NCBI GenBank assembly: GCA_020536535.1
Contig: JAHLWZ010000666.1
Coordinates: 1 to 64,000, forward strand
Direction of reading: 5' to 3'
DNA: 64,000 nucleotides
From: Pelomyxa schiedti
Taxonomy: Eukaryota > Protista > Evosea
Below are positions 62,324 through 64,000 of this stretch, piece after piece (the first letter of the stretch is position 1; each line of letters opens with the position of its first letter). The notes below the pieces were generated by a model. That model had not been told where the DNA came from. It searched no databases and was given only the letters and a program-made list of their open reading frames with translations. The position numbers and the translations under genes were made by a program.

Positions 62324-63207
62324 CTACAACTCGGGAGGAACTTGGGAGGCCGGAATTTGGGGGTACTGGGGGATCCCCAAAGCAGCGCGTACCTCACTTT
62401 GCAGTTCTAGGAGCTTGGAGTAGATGGACTCTAGTGTCACGGGAGCTGAAGTACTCGTTGAAGAGTACCCAACTTGTGGCAATCCAAAAGAGGGAGCGGT
62501 AGAGCGAGACGACGCTGGAGAAGTAGCCGAAAATGCTGACAGCGTTACCGGAAGAGCACTTGCGTCCCTGTGAGAACTGTGGCCAGACGCGTAAGGCGGA
62601 GGTATAAGGGATGGCAACAGAAAGGGTTGCCCAGGAGATTCCACTGCATCAGACCTAGAGGTCGGGGCGGCGGACTGGCTCCTCTCAGCTCTCACTTGTT
62701 TCAATTCCGGAGCATGCGTGACACCTGTAATACGTGACACCTTCTTCCTTGGCTTACGGGGTGAAGAATCTTCATTTCCAATGGGAGCTGTGCACAAATT
62801 AGAAAGTAATTGGAGTTGTTTTTTAATTTATGTGAGGTTCTTGTTTTCATTTTACTTTATATCTCCTTTAACTTGAACATTTTTATGTACCATTATCTGG
62901 TATCTCGCGATTCGGTAGGGCTAGTTTGATCATTTTCCTCGATTTTGAGTACACAATAATTGCAAGTTGACCACCCATGATGGCATTCCTATGCGCCGCA
63001 CTGTACAGGGTAATGAAACCCGCAATGCAGCCGGACTCCACGTTTGCATTGTGTATTGGGCTCCACTTTGCACTAAAAGAAAGATTAGGACAAAAACAAA
63101 AAAAAAAAAAATACAAACATAGGTGTGCCATTGACAGTAAACCATTCCTCTAATTCCTCGTAGGGCGCAGTACTAGTGACATGTAGTTGTTTGCCAATTG
63201 CGCTCAT
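62324..63207 (-). CDS. Hypothetical multi-exon protein with S/P-rich C-terminus
   Basis: ATG at 63207 (MSAIGKQLHVTSTAPYEELEEWF), exon ORFs 62883-63131 and 62324-62797 with a KPRKK basic patch; no family recognised. Confidence 0.5.
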
Positions 63208-63395
63208 CTTTGTCGTGTTTCCGGCTCTTGTGTTTCCTTGATATGGGTGTTGGCTTCCGGGTTTTTTTTTTTTTATCCTTCATGTGTGCCGTACGTAATT
63301 GTTGGTAGATATTTCCAGGTGCTTTTCGGCCCCGAAAAGGTGGCCCCAGAACTGAAAATTGGGCCCTGAGATCTTCCTCTCCTCCTCCTACTGCC

Positions 63396-64000
63396 TCAGC
63401 CCATCAGAATTATGTCCTGGGCTAAGAGCAGGGCGGCACCCACTCCATAACAATCGTGATGATCGGAATTGATTGTGACACCGTGAATGTGACAGGGAAC
63501 TGACCAGCGATTCCACGAACCCGTTCTTCGCTTTTTCTTGGGGTTTTTTTGCGGGCGTCCACTGAGAATATCTTGTTGATGACGTTGTGGCACTCTCACT
63601 GTGTTGGGGTATCCTCTGGGTCTATGTGCGGCTGGCGCTGCTTTTGCCAGCCACCAACTGGGGTTGCCAAACTGGTGGTTGGGTGACTGTTGGGGTGGGT
63701 TCCTTTCCTTCTGGAGGTGTACCAGATGGTAAGGGGCTAGGAGCTAGGCTCGCCGTGAGTAGCCCTCGCCCATCACCACAAGTAGTGACTGAGCCAACTG
63801 ATTGGCGAGTTGTCCAGGCATCGCTGAATCCTTCCATCCAATGGCTGTCCTGGCCACTTGAGTGTGAGACAGGACAGGGAAGACCGCACAAGGTATAGAG
63901 AACGTCCAAGGCACATCAGCCCGAGGAAGAGGCGTCAGTACTCCCATTTCGGTGACTGTTTGCTGTGTTGGCAGGACTCGGGTCTGTAAAGCTCAATAGT
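63396..64000 (-). CDS. Partial hypothetical gene running off the window end
   Basis: P/S/T-rich minus-strand ORF pieces only. Confidence 0.3.

Overview
Compact, intron-dense eukaryotic genomic DNA with mostly ~40-60 nt GT-AG introns, about 25 protein-coding genes, one 100-N gap, and no rRNA, tRNA or CRISPR that I can see. The gene families and GC-rich low-complexity 5' exons suggest an amoebozoan, most likely a Pelomyxa-like archamoeba; this is an inference. Recognisable genes: a CAMK-type kinase, a flavodoxin-like protein, a 12.4-kb DOCK-C/D (zizimin-type) GEF, a Tho1/SARNP-like RxxRF-motif protein, a soluble class III adenylate cyclase, a C2+UBZ protein, a DH-PH RhoGEF, a PP2C-like protein, a homocysteine S-methyltransferase, a SPRY protein, the queuosine salvage hydrolase, an SR-rich protein, a TTP/ZFP36-type tandem CCCH protein, a TBC1D23-like protein, a macrodomain protein, an F-box membrane protein and a PDAT/Lro1 gene with several disabling lesions. 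Best novelty candidates: (1) a spliced gene fusing a MEDS sensor domain, known from prokaryotes, to a catalytically complete adenylate cyclase (18.2-20.5 kb); (2) a 31.3-44.3 kb accessory island with two paralogous degenerate AAA+-like genes, an inverted repeat pair, duplicated exon-intron modules, and a PIF1 helicase relic plus CXC ORF ending in a Helitron-like hairpin-CTAG; (3) a DOCK GEF with EF-hand-like motifs and an F-BAR-like insertion. All exon structures and domain calls were made by eye from motif recognition; no database search was run, and gene boundaries are approximate.
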